From positions 35,464,001 to 35,528,000 of the forward strand of contig NC_087251.1 of NCBI RefSeq assembly GCF_037042905.1: 64,000 bases of DNA, written 5' to 3'. Shown one piece after another: positions 26,806 to 38,826 of the stretch. Position 1 is the stretch's first letter, and each line of letters starts with the position of its first letter. Below the pieces are notes generated by a model, which saw only the letters and a program-made list of their open reading frames with translations, was not told the DNA's origin and did not search any database. The position numbers and the translations under genes were made by a program. The stretch is from Lytechinus pictus. Lineage: Eukaryota.

Positions 26806-26845
26806 CTCCTGAAGATGACAAGAACACACTTGTCAAAACGTCGAG
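26806..26845 (+). ncRNA. Minimal Penelope-type hammerhead motif, copy A (core GAAA changed to AAAA)
   Basis: CTC-CTGAAGA-T-GACAAG-aacaca-CTTGTC-AAAA-C-GTC-GAG. Confidence 0.65.
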
Positions 26846-26919
26846 TTTGTGTGGTCTTTCTTCAAGACCGACACTTGCCAAGGAAAGATACACGGTGTTC
26901 CGTGAAACCAACTACATTA

Positions 26920-27280
26920 TGAATAGATTTTCATTAGACAGTAAATACATAATTGCACTTCCGTAAGATAGTAAATGAAGAGATCTTCATATAAAGAAAG
27001 TAAGTACATAGATCTGAATAAGGTAGTAAATGAATAGATCTTTACAGGATAGTTAATGAATAGATCTTCATAAGATAGTAAATGCATACTTCTCCATATG
27101 ATAGTAAATGCATACTTCTCCATAAGATAGTAAATGCATACTTCTCCATAAGATATCAAATGCATACTTCTCCATATAAGATAGTAAATGAAAAGATTGT
27201 CATGAGTCAGTAAATTATTGCTCCTCCCTAGCTAAGTACATAGATCTCAATAAGGTAGTAAATGAAAAGATCTCCGTAAG
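26920..27280. repeat. 26-bp minisatellite, array 2
   Basis: Same unit as array 1. Confidence 0.92.
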
Positions 27281-27463
27281 AAGATGAGAAGATGTATTCA
27301 TATCCATCTTTGATTTACTAGCTTTAACAGAGTTAAAGCTGGCGTATACGCAAGTATGAAATAGTATTCAGATTAAAGGGGGTTTATTATAATAAAAAAA
27401 ATGCGTTATACAAAAGAGTACTATAGATGTATACGTATAACAGTGCCGGAATTTTTATGTCTA

Positions 27464-27705
27464 CACTCTAAATTGCAGGGATTTAATCAAAATATATCCA
27501 TATAGACTGTAGGAAGGGACCAATTGAATTCTGGATTTGATTTTGAATCCTCCAAAAAAATTGTTTTAAATCTGGAGGGATTTGAATATAATCCTTTGAG
27601 ATTTAAAGATGAATCTGCAGAATTCAAACTTAATCCGGAATTCGGTTGGTCCCTAACTATATACAGTCCATCAAGATTTATTTTAAATCCCTGTCATTTA
27701 AAGTG
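27464..27705. mobile_element. Palindromic CACT-ended MITE with TA flanks; paralog at 37804-38036
   Basis: TA|CACTCTAAATTGCAGGGATTTAA ... TTAAATCCCTGTCATTTAAAGTG|TA. Confidence 0.75.
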
Positions 27706-27781
27706 TATTCATATCTAATGAAGATGTGAAGAAATAAGTATCATGTCATAGGCAATGTAAAACTAACTGGTTCATAAAATG

Positions 27782-29091
27782 GGTTACACTTCGTAATTCC
27801 GAAGGTTCATAATTCCGAAGGTTCTTTATTCCGAAGGTTTGTAATTCCGAAACACGCAAATTGCCTATACAGTGCGTCCCAGAAAAAACGAAACCGAGAT
27901 TTAGCGATGATTTATCATAACTTAATCACAAATACAATAGACAAATGACCTATCAATGTAAAGTTTAGAATCTTCTCTTTCATCTGATATTAGTTAGAAT
28001 ATTTCTCCTTTACGCATGAGTGAGCAAAAACAATTTGAAGAGGGGATACCAAAAAGTCATTTGGCGGGTTGTATCTAGCTTTCAAAAGGAAAACCACATT
28101 TGTAAAAAGTTCAATATCTGCTCTTTAATTTGATACCTCAATTACAGAAAATGGTCAAGAAATAACAAAGTTCTGGCTATTTGAAATAAGGCTTGAATTT
28201 CAATAATTTCATAAAATGAAGAGGTTTTACAGGCTTGCGTTCAAACTCACTCGACACTCCGTTTTGTTTACGATCAGCCATGCATTAAGTCTTTTGTTAA
28301 CCATGCGATAGCTTCTGTGGGAAACCGGTGAAAACAGTTAATTTGATGAAATTATGGAAATTCAAGCCTTATTTCAAATAACCAGAACTTTGTTATTTCT
28401 TGACCATTTTCTGTAATTGAGGTATCAAATTAAAGAGCAGATATTGAACTTTTAAGACATGTGATTTTCCTTTTGAAATTCATATACCCCCCGCCAAATG
28501 AGTTTTTGGTATCCTTCCTTCGAATTGTTTTAGCTCACTCATGCGTGAATGAGGAATATTCTAACTAATATCAGATGAAAGAGGAGATTCTAAGCTTTAC
28601 ATTGATAGGTCATTTGTCTATTGTATTTGTGATTAAGTTATGATAAATCATCGCTAAATCTCGGTTTCGTTTTTTCTGGGACGCACTGTACATCAATGTT
28701 CGTTAATCCGAAAACGTAAAAGGGTTCGTTAATCCGAACATTTGTGGTGTTATTCCGAAGGTTCGTTATTCCGAAGGTTCGATAATCCTAAAACGAAATA
28801 AGGTTCGTTAATCCGAAAACGAAATAAGGTTCGTTGTTCCGAAGGTTCGTTAGTCCGAAACGAAATAAGGTTAGTTAATCATTTAGTTTTCGGACTAACG
28901 AACCTTCGGAATTACGAACCTCATTTCTTTTTCGGATTAACGAACCATCGGAATAACGAACCTCATTTCGTTTTAGGACTAACGAACCTTCGGAATTACG
29001 AACCTTCGGAAATACAAACCTTCGGAATAACGAACCTTCGGAATATCCGAACCTTCGGAATAACGAAGCTTCGGAATTACGAATGTATGCG
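27782..29091. mobile_element. Foldback element built from ~16-bp TTCGTAATTCCGAAGG repeats, with a 9-bp TSD (Mutator-like)
   Basis: CATAAAATG duplicated at 27773-27781 and 29092-29100. Repeat orientation flips near 28880. Absent at the paralogous site near 38104. Confidence 0.88.
27870..28688. mobile_element. Tc1/mariner-type foldback MITE nested in the Mutator-like element
   Basis: TA|CAGTGCGTCCCAGAAAAAACGAAACC ... GGTTTCGTTTTTTCTGGGACGCACTG|TA; near-perfect inverted arms of about 345 bp. Confidence 0.92.
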
Positions 29092-29445
29092 CATAAAATG
29101 TACCTTTTATTTCACACATAGCACATGATATTAATTGGAAAAAGCATTTCATAAGACCATCAAAATTGTCTTCCCCATTTGATAAATTCACTGCATGCAT
29201 TTTAGAAAAGCATTATGTTTGTAAGTATCAAATATTGAATGAACCTTCTGCTGTGCAAACTGATTGAAAAGCATTGAACAAAACAATTTACTGTAGAAAT
29301 TTTAGATTATCTGGGTCACAATTCACAGCAAAAGGAAATTCACAAAGTAGGAAAAGTAAAAAGGAGAATCCTGATTATCCTGCTAATGTGAAGTAAATAG
29401 CAAACATCGAAAATGAAATGATAAAAAGTATCTATATTTGAGTAA

Positions 29446-29778
29446 AGAGGTGTCGACCCTGATGCATGGGTGATCCCCCCACCCATGGAAATATTTGGGG
29501 CAATCTAATCGATAACCCCCCACCCATAATTTTGAAATGATAATATTGTAAAATCATTATATACAATGATAATGTGTTTTTAAACCATTAGAAAGCACTA
29601 TAAAATTATCAAAACTGGCATAAAAATACCATGAAACACACAAAATTACAATTTTTGTTAGCACGCCCTGCGTTCAAAATTAGTTTAAATTTTGCGCCCG
29701 GAGAGGGCATAATCGTTAAAATTTTGTTTCATTATTGCCCCTCCCCTCCCCGAACCGAAGCATGGATCGACGCCCCCT
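29446..29778. mobile_element. Degraded hAT-like MITE (GGGGCGTCGATCC ends); paralog at about 38435-38883
   Basis: GAGGTGTCGACCC ... GGATCGACGCCCCCT, with poly-C tracts. Confidence 0.5.
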
Positions 29779-31230
29779 CTCAGTAAATGCTTACAAAAAC
29801 ACTGTAAAAAAATATAGTACGCCACGTCAGAAATTATGTTCTGATATAAAATGAATGTTTGTTTAAATGATCTGACGTTGAAACGATTACTACATAGGAA
29901 AAGGAAAATCGGTTGAGAATTTTGGCTTTTCTAAAATGCATCGATACTTACAGGTCAATATAGTTTTACTAAATTTATTCCTTATTCCTCTACATTTTAC
30001 GTATTCCAGCACATACCTGTTAATATTGAGAATATTAGTTAAAAGCACCTCGTCAGTTTCAAAACGTTTTTCCTGTTTAAGGATACTGTACTTGTGAATG
30101 ATGTTTAAGGGAAAATTTAGTTAGCATGAAATGTCATACGATAAAATATCATCGATATTATAATGTATGGTATACTTTGAATAACTATGACACATGACGT
30201 CCAGCGGTAAATCGGATACTGGGGTCAGTATGGATAGATGATCAGGTGATATCCTTTGCTTTATATATATATATATATATATATAATATAATTTTAGTTC
30301 TTATAATATTATGTAACATTATGTTGAAAATGTACGATGATCTATAAGTAAAACATAAGTTATGAAATGTCATAAGGAAAAAATATCATCGGCATTATTA
30401 TTGTCTGGTATACTTTAGATTACTTCTGTCACATGATGTCCTGTAGTTAATCGGATACGGGGGTCAGTATGGATAGATGATCAGATGATATTCTTTGCTG
30501 ACCAACGGTTGAAGAGAGTCTTCTTCGAGGCTGGTGATTCGACGTGAGTGGCTTGCTAAAGCACTACTTCCAGTTCATCAGTTACCGTCCAACTACTCGA
30601 GGAACGAGGACTGTTTGAGTGACTGGAAGTACTTGAATGCTAAAATTATTACCATAACAATCAGAGAGAATGTACGATGATTACGTAAAATATTATCAAC
30701 CCTATGAATGGGAATTATTCTAGAGTCCTAATAATTATATACATATATATATATATATACATCATTTTAGTTCTTATAATATCATGTACCATTATGTAGG
30801 CAAATGAAGAGTATCTTAGGCATTTTTGCTACATGACTCTACGTATATGCTACGCATATGTATGTATTATTATATCACATGAAAATGGTCAAAAAGATTG
30901 ATTTATAATTCTTATTGTTACTAATTTGTTTGGTATGGCTGGCTGGTCTGACTGGATTCCTATGCATCATGATGCATGGGGGCTGGTCCCCCTTTTTTGC
31001 TAGAGCTCCTGTGAATTATGTGCTGACCGGGCTTGCCCCTTAAACTGTCGGTGAACGGGGCAGCAAGCAGGAGGGCACCAGGCCCCACCAGCATAAGGCC
31101 AGGAATTCCTGCTAGTGATTCAAAACTGTACTTATCACCATTACTATTGTTATGTATTGCACTCCACTTTCCGCCTTAATCTTGTCTTTACCAATGTTTT
31201 TTTTTTTTTTTTTTGCAGGAATTTCTGCAT

Positions 31231-32200
31231 TTTATTCATAAATCAACAAATGAAAATAGAATGATACAATAACAATGACATAAATGAGTACATTTTTGTG
31301 TGACAATCGAAAATATAAATAATGAATAAGGCTGAAAAATACATAAATGAAGCACGTAAAATAGTAAAGTGGGTAAAAATGCAGGGGCCAGCTATAATAA
31401 GCAGGTAACTGCTTGAAACAATAGCAGCCATGAGGGAGGGCTACATGGGAACCGTAATAATAGGTTATGAATATAATTCGATAAAATGATGTCACAAAAG
31501 AGAAAGTATAAAAGTTTAGATTTTTAATGGGGAGAGACAAGATAAAGTTTTTTTAAAAAGTGCGAGTGAGTGCTAGTGGGTGAGTGCAGGTGATACATAT
31601 ATGAATACTTAGAAATAAGAAAAAAAAATTCAATGAAGCTTTAAAAGAAAAAAGAGACGCGGACTGTTTGATGTTATGTGGCAAGGCATTCCAAATATCT
31701 GGACCATGGTGGCGAATTGTTTTATGAGTGAGTAAGATTCTGGGGTTGGTTAAGTGGATATCTGTTGAATGACGCGTTGGATAAGTATGTATGTCTTTGT
31801 TATAGATAAAAAAATTGCGAAATGGAATTGGAATGGTATTTGTGGAAAATTTTAACATAAATATGGCTATTTGGTATGTGTTAATATCCTCAATTTTCAA
31901 TGTCTTTAAGTTGTGAAATATTGGATTAGTGTGTGCAATGTAATGTGAAAGTGTACAGATGCGAAGTGCCTTTTTTTAAGACGGAATATAGTTTCTATTC
32001 TTGACTTACTACTATACCCCCAAACAATGTTGCAGTAAGATAAGTGGGATAAGATGAATGAATTGTAAAGCATAAATAATGACTTTTTTGAGATATAATA
32101 TTTCAATCTATATAAGATTCCTATCCCTCTGGATGTCAACATACAAATATTGCGAATGTGACTGTTCCAAGTCAAATTTGAATCAATCAAAACACCTAAA
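31231..32200 (-). mobile_element. CR1/L2-group LINE 3' fragment inserted in partial copy B
   Basis: LGVLIDSNLTWNSHI, GILYRLK, LYNSFILSHLSYCNIVWG, HTYPTR, GPDIWNALP; 3' UTR ends in GAATAAAA. Confidence 0.9.
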
Positions 32201-32626
32201 TGTGATATGTTGATATTTTTTATAGAATCTATATCAAATTATTCGAGTTATATCCATGGTAATATGGTATATTTACCCCTGTATGTGCACCTAATTGGGG
32301 GCCTCCAAATTTTTAGTGGCTTCTGAGTTGCCTTGGTTGTCGAAGCGATCCAGTGGCTCAATGATGAGGCTCAAAGCGAAGAGGCGCTATTTTTACAGTG
32401 CGTATTGAGTGTAAAAAAGCTTGCGTGCGCTGCAAAATTTTCTTTTGTGCAATTAATGGCCTTATATTTCTCAAATTTCTCCTAAAATATAAGGCCTTAT
32501 TAACTGCACAAGATAAAACAATTAAAACATTGTAGTGATACGATAGAATAATTTTGATTGGCGCATATGTTCTTTTTTAATGAGAGCGCGGTTAAAAACC
32601 AACTAAAAACAACAACTTTGCTCATT

Positions 32627-32666
32627 CTTCTGAAGACGACAAGAACGCACTTGTCGAAACGTCGAG
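32627..32666 (+). ncRNA. Minimal Penelope-type hammerhead ribozyme, copy B, intact core
   Basis: CTT-CTGAAGA-C-GACAAG-aacgca-CTTGTC-GAAA-C-GTC-GAG: CUGANGA and GAAA boxes, a 6-bp stem II, palindromic ACGT in place of stem III, and a GUC cleavage triplet. Confidence 0.8.
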
Positions 32667-32739
32667 TTTTGGGTGGTCCTTATCAGGACCAACACTTGCC
32701 CACGAAAGGTACATGGTGTACCGTGAAACCAACTAGACT

Positions 32740-33095
32740 ATGAATAAATAAATAGATCTGAATAAGGTAGTAAATTAATAGATCTTTACATGATATTAAA
32801 TTAATAGATCTTTATAAGATAGTAAATGCATACATCCCAAAAAGATAGTAAATGAAATGATATTATTAAGGTAATAAATGATTGGGCCACCGTACGATAG
32901 TAAATGAAGAGATCTTAGAAAATAGTAAATGAATAGATATCTCCAGTAGATAGTAAATTAATAGATCTTCAAAGAAAGTAAATAATTGGTTCTACGTAAG
33001 ATAATAAAAGAAAAGATCTTAGAAAGATAGTAAATGAATAGTAAATAGATAGTACATGAATAGATCTTTATAAGTTAGTAAATGAATAGATCTTT
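32740..33095. repeat. 26-bp minisatellite, array 3
   Basis: Same unit, more diverged. Confidence 0.9.
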
Positions 33096-33096
33096 T

Positions 33097-34477
33097 ATCC
33101 CCAGTGGTAGCTAACATGTATATGGAACATTTCGAGGAGACGGCTCTCCAGTCAGCAACACGCAAACCCAAAGTGTGGCTTAGATATGTGGACAAAATTT
33201 TCGTGGTTTGGCAACATGGAACATGAACCTACTCACTGATCGGTACTTGAACTATCGTTCATTTCACCACCCATCAGTGCTGAGATTCATCAACAAGACG
33301 TTGGTCAAACGAGCCCATGAGTTTAGTGACCAGATCTACCAGAGAGGTGAGCTTGAGCATATCAAACTTGTATTGAAATGTAACAACTACCCCTCACATA
33401 TGATCTGCACTGAGCTTCCGCCCTCGCGGAACCCTCATGTAGCACAGCCCATGGCGAGAGTCGTTCTTTCCTATCTTGGATCAGCCTCTCACAAGATTCA
33501 GAGGATTTTGAGAGAAGCCGACATTGAGTTTTGTAATAGCTCCTCAAATAAGCTTCAATCTGCCTTCACTACCCACAAGGACAAACGCAACTCCAAGGAC
33601 CTCCTTCGAGTTTACCGAATTCCCTGTGAATGCGGTAAAGTTTGCATCGGTGAGGCGGGTCGTTCCTTTAACACTCTGATTAAAGGTCAAGACTACCCCA
33701 GAAAAATGTTAATTTGAATAAATAGAGAAAAATCAAACCAGAATAACGCTGAAAATTTCATCAAATTCGGATGTAAAATAAGAGTTATGATATTTTAAAA
33801 TTTCACTTATTTTTCACAAAATAGTGATATGCACAACTCAGTGGCAAGCAAATGAGACAGGCGATGATGTCCCTCACTATTTCTTTTTTTTTTTTAATCT
33901 GAATTATACAATATTTTTTTTTTTCAGATTTGACAATAATGACCAACTTGACTGAACCATATAGTATTAAAACAATGCTTTTTCCACTGTTCAGGAAGGA
34001 ATCGTTCCTTGTTTTACCTGACAATTAGGAGAGAATTAGAATATTTCATATAATGAAATACAAAAGAAATAGTGGGTGGATGACGTCACCAGTCTCCTCA
34101 TTTGCATGCCGACCAGGATGTGCGATTAGGTTTTGCGAAATTAAGCAAAATTTTAAATGTAATAACTTTCTTATTTCACATTAAATTTTGATGAAATTTT
34201 CAGTGTTATGCTCATTGGATTTTTCTCTTTTTATTCAGATCAAATTTTTGTTAGGGTGGACTTGTCCTTTCAGGAACACAAGGCCCATGGTAGGAGAGAC
34301 GAGAGGGACAAGTCTGCAATCATCGATCATGCTCGCACGCATGATCATCGGATTCTCTGGCATCAGTGGACTGTCAGAGAAGCGTTGGAGATTGGGGAAC
34401 ATAACACTGTTCCTCAAGACAGCGGCCTCCAACTTAGCAATATCTCGCTTACTATTCTAGACAAAGAGGCTAATTAG
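33097..34477 (+). mobile_element. Penelope-like relic, copy C (interrupted by a MITE)
   Basis: SPVVANMYMEHFEETAL, KPKVWLRYVDK, VYRIPCECGKVCIGEAGRSF. Same 5' truncation point as copy A; about 155 bp deleted relative to A. Confidence 0.92.
33684..34268. mobile_element. TTAA-target MITE (Kolobok-like) inserted in the GIY-YIG domain
   Basis: TTAA|AGGTCAAG ... GACTTGTCCT|TTCA. Copy A has the empty site GGATTAAGGAAC near 23305. Confidence 0.9.
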
Positions 34478-34739
34478 TCTAATTAGCCCCCCCCCCCCAC
34501 ACACACACACACAGTGTCCTACACTATTTTGAGCATTACAATGATACGGGCGTTTTTGGCGGCTTTTGTCGTTCATGCCCTTTTGGCGATAATTGACGGC
34601 ATTTCAGGTCTTCTCTGTTTTGGACGTGTGTTGTCACCGACGTCCGCATATGTGGATGTCATGTGACTTATCCAGCCAATCAGAGACATGTATCCTGCAA
34701 GGCACCGTGCATACGGCACCTTGACAGAGTAAACCGTGT

Positions 34740-35670
34740 GAAAAAAAGACTTGACACCTCACAAATCCCCAATAATTTCTATTCCACAGGAGACGAAGAA
34801 TGCAACGTTGGAGATTTTTAATAAATATAAGGTCAATTTAAAGATATTTACAGATGGATCAAGTATAGCAAGCAAATATATTACAAGTTGTGCTTTTTAT
34901 ATTCCAAATCTCGTTTTCGTCTTTCACCGATATCGCTATTAAGAGCAAAACTCACTGCAATGAATATGGCATTAGAGTGGGTAATCATTGATAAAGCAGA
35001 TAATCAAGTTCCCATATTATCAGATTCTTTATGGTTATTTAAAGCATTAGATAATAAAATATCATTAGGACTTGTCTACGCGATTCTACAGAAAATTACT
35101 AATTTGGAAAAAGTTAGTATTTCAGTATGTTTAAATGGGTCCCTTTCAATTGCGGGGTCAGTGGAAATGGATCTGCTGATGCTTTAGCAAAGATAGGACT
35201 AAGTCGCCCTAATATTGATATTAATATGCCATTTGTTAAAAGTGGAATTCATTCTATCAACTCCACGATGTTAAATCAAAATGGCAATCGAGATGGGATG
35301 TATCTAATAAAGGTCGACTTTTATTCCAAATACATGCTTCTCCCGAACAGTTAATATCATTTTGAAATAACAGAAGAGATGAAAGAATTATCCATTGACC
35401 AAGATTAGGAAATTGTAATTTGAATTTTGATCTTTCCAAACAAAAAAACATGACACTGGTTTGTGTGATCTATGTCCGGAACCGGAGACAATAAATTATT
35501 TCTCAAATGTTTCTATACTGTAGAAAATATAGTACGGCACGTCAAAAATTGTGTTCTGATATAAATGTTTGTTTAAATGATCAGGCGTTGAAACGATTGC
35601 TACACAGGAAAAAGGGAAATCATTTGAGCATTTTCGCTTTTTTTAAATGCAGCGATACATACAAGAGAAT
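34740..35670 (+). mobile_element. RNase H-bearing LINE relic, copy C
   Basis: KIFTDGS, ISLLRAKLTAMNMALEWV (segment missing from copy A), ILSDSL, WVPFNCGVSGNGSADALAK, CDLCPEPET. Confidence 0.88.
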
Positions 35671-37172
35671 ATAGATTTACTAAATGTATTCCTCATTCCT
35701 CTATATTCTACTTATCCCAGCACATAACTGTTTTTTAGAATATTAGTTAAAAGCACTCAGTCAGTATCATACATTTTTTTTCCTTATTAAGGATATTTTT
35801 ATTGGGTATGATTTTAAGGGAGTTTGGTTAGTATGAAATGTCATACGATAACACATCATCGGTATTATAATGCATGGTATATACTTAAAAAAATAACTCC
35901 TGTCACATGATGTCCAGCGGTTTATTTTGTATTATTTACTATCGTATTCGAGCCCAGCCTATGAAAGACCAATGGCCTCTGCTGGTTTGCCATAGTCTTT
36001 GTATTTATATTTATACACTGAAAAAAAAATGTATCCTTAAAATAAAAAAAAGTTCCTGCCGCAGAGTCTCGAGAACACCTGTAATCTTACCAGATTGCGT
36101 AATCTTACATTATATCATGTAAAATTACAGGAAATTGGTATTTGTTGTATGGAACCTTAGAAATTTCCTTAAATAAAACACCATTTTCCCCTTTTTAAAC
36201 ATGTTGTATATTGATTTTATTTATATGTTTTTACGAGAATTGGAAATAAATGAAATGAATGAATTCTCCTAAAGTCCTAATAGTTATAAATATATATATC
36301 CTGTTTTAGTTCTTATAATATTATGTACCATTATGTTGGCAAATGAGGAGTAACGTAGGCATTTTGGCTACTAGCCCCTTTATGTTTTTTTAGAGTATTT
36401 ATGTATATATACAAGCCTATATGCCTCTATGTAAATGCTACGCATATCATATGTATTATCATATCACATGATAATGGCCCCAAAATTGTAACTTATATTT
36501 GATTAATAATTCTTATTGTTACTCAATTGTTTTTAGTATCGCTGGCCGGTCTGACTGGCTTCGTATGCATGGGGGCTGGTCCCTTGTTTTGCTAGAGCTC
36601 CTGTGAGTTATGTGCTGACCGGGCTTGCCCCTTAAACTGTCGGTGAACGGGGCAGCAAGCAGGAGGGCACCAGGCCCCACCAGCATGAGGCCAGGAATTC
36701 CTGGTAGTAATTCAAAACTGTACTTATCACCACTTTCCGCTTTAATCTGGTGTTTACCAATGTGATATGTTGATGTTTTGTACAGAATTTATATGAAATT
36801 ATTCGAATTATACCCATTGTATATTTACACTTGTATGCGCACCTAATTGGGGGCCTCCAAGCCTGTAGTGGCTTCTGAGTTGCCTTGGTTTTCAAACCGA
36901 CTCAGTAGCTCATTGATGTGGCCCAAAGCAAAGAGGCGCTATTTTTACAGTGTGTATTGAGTGTAAAAAGCCTGCGTGCGCTGACAAATTTTCTTCTATC
37001 CAATTAATGACCTTATTATTTCTCGAATTTCTCCTAAAAAACAAGGCCTTATCTACCGAAAATAATGAAAATGAAAACATTATAGTGATATGATAAAATA
37101 ATTTTGATTGGCGCATACATTCTTTTTTTTTAATGAAAGCGCCGTTTAAAACCAACAACAACTTTGCTTATT

Positions 37173-37212
37173 CTCCTGAAGATGACAAGAACACACTTGT
37201 CAAAACGTCGAG
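37173..37212 (+). ncRNA. Minimal hammerhead motif, copy C (same core mutation as A)
   Basis: Identical to 26806-26845. Confidence 0.65.
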
Positions 37213-37286
37213 TTTGGGTGGTCTTTTTTCAAGACCAACACTTGCCAAGGAAAGATACATGGTGTTCCGTGAAACCAACTACATTA

Positions 37287-37645
37287 TGAATAGATTTTCA
37301 TTAGACAGTAAATACATAATTGCACTTCCGTAAGATAGTAAATGAAGAGATCTTCATAAGAAAGTAAGTACATAGATCTGAATAAGGTTGTAAATGAATA
37401 GATCTTTACAGGATAGTTAATGAATAGATCTTCATAAGATAGTAAATGCATACTTCTCCATGAAATAATAATGCATACATCTCCATAAGATAGTAGATGA
37501 ATAGATCTCCATAACATAGTAAATGCATACTTCTCCATATAAGATAGTAAATGAAAAGATTGTCATGGGAAAGTAAATTATGGCTCCTCCCTAACTAAGT
37601 ACATAGATCTCAATAAGGTAGTAAATGAATAGATCTCCGTAAGAA
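37287..37645. repeat. 26-bp minisatellite, array 4
   Basis: Paralog of array 2. Confidence 0.92.
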
Positions 37646-38713
37646 GATTAGAACATGTATTCATATCCATCTTTGATTTACTAGCTTTTACAGAGTTAAA
37701 GCTGGCGTATATGCAAATATGAAATATCATTCATATTAAATGGGGTTTATTATAATAAAATAATAAATATTGCGTCATACCAAAGAATAGATTTATGTAT
37801 ATACACTCTACATTGCAGGGATTTAAAAATAGATCAAGATGGACTGTAGTTAGGGACCAATCGAATTCTGGATTTAGTTTTTAATCCTAAAAAATTGTTT
37901 TAAATCTCGAGGGGTTTGAATTTAAATCCTTTGAGATTTAAAGATGAATCTGCAAGATTCAAACTAAATCCAGAATTTGGTTGATCCCTAACTACAGTCC
38001 ATCAAGATATATTTCAAATCCCTGTCATTTAAAGTGTATTCATATCTAATGAAGATGTGAACAAATCAGTATCATGTCATAGGCAATGTAAAACTAACTG
38101 GTTCATGAACTATATCTTTTATTTCACAGAATAGCACATAATATTAATCGGAAAAAGCATTTCATAAAATCATCAAGAAAGTGTCTTCCTCATTTGATAA
38201 ATTCCCTGCATGCATTTTAGAAAAGCATTATGCTTGGAAGTATATTTCGAATGAACCTGCTGTGCAAACTGATTGAAAAGCATTGAATAAAACAATTTCC
38301 TGTAGAAAAATTGACAGCAAAATTAAATTTACAAAGTAGGGAAAGTAAAGAACAGAATCCTGATTATCATGCTAATGTGAGATTAATAGCAAACAGCGAA
38401 AATGAAATGATAAAAAGTATCTATATTTGAGTAAAGAGGTGTCGACCCTGATGCATGGGTGATCCCCCCTACCATGGAAATATTTGGGGCAATCTCATCG
38501 ATAACCCCCCCCCCCCCCCCCCCGATAATTTTGAAATGATAATATTGAAAAATCATTCTAAACAATGATAATGTGTTTCTAAACCATTAGAAAGCACTAT
38601 AAAACTATCAAAAACTGGCATAAAAATTCCATGAAACATACACAATTGCCATTGGCACACTCTGCGTTTAAAATTCGTTTAAATTTTGCGCGAGGAGAGC
38701 GCATAATCATTCA

Positions 38714-38826
38714 TACCGTGTTTACACTTAATCGGCATTTGAATCGGCTCGCGGTTTTTAACCGCGAGCCGATTCAGCATCGGCTTTTGGTTCTGAACCA
38801 AATGCCGATTAAGTGTAAATACGGTA
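38714..38826. mobile_element. Small hairpin MITE (Harbinger-like), only in copy C
   Basis: TACCGTGTTTACACTTAATCGGCATTTG ... CAAATGCCGATTAAGTGTAAATACGGTA with TCA/TAA flanks; internal second palindrome GAATCGGCTCGCGGTT/AACCGCGAGCCGATTC. Empty site near 29716. Confidence 0.85.
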
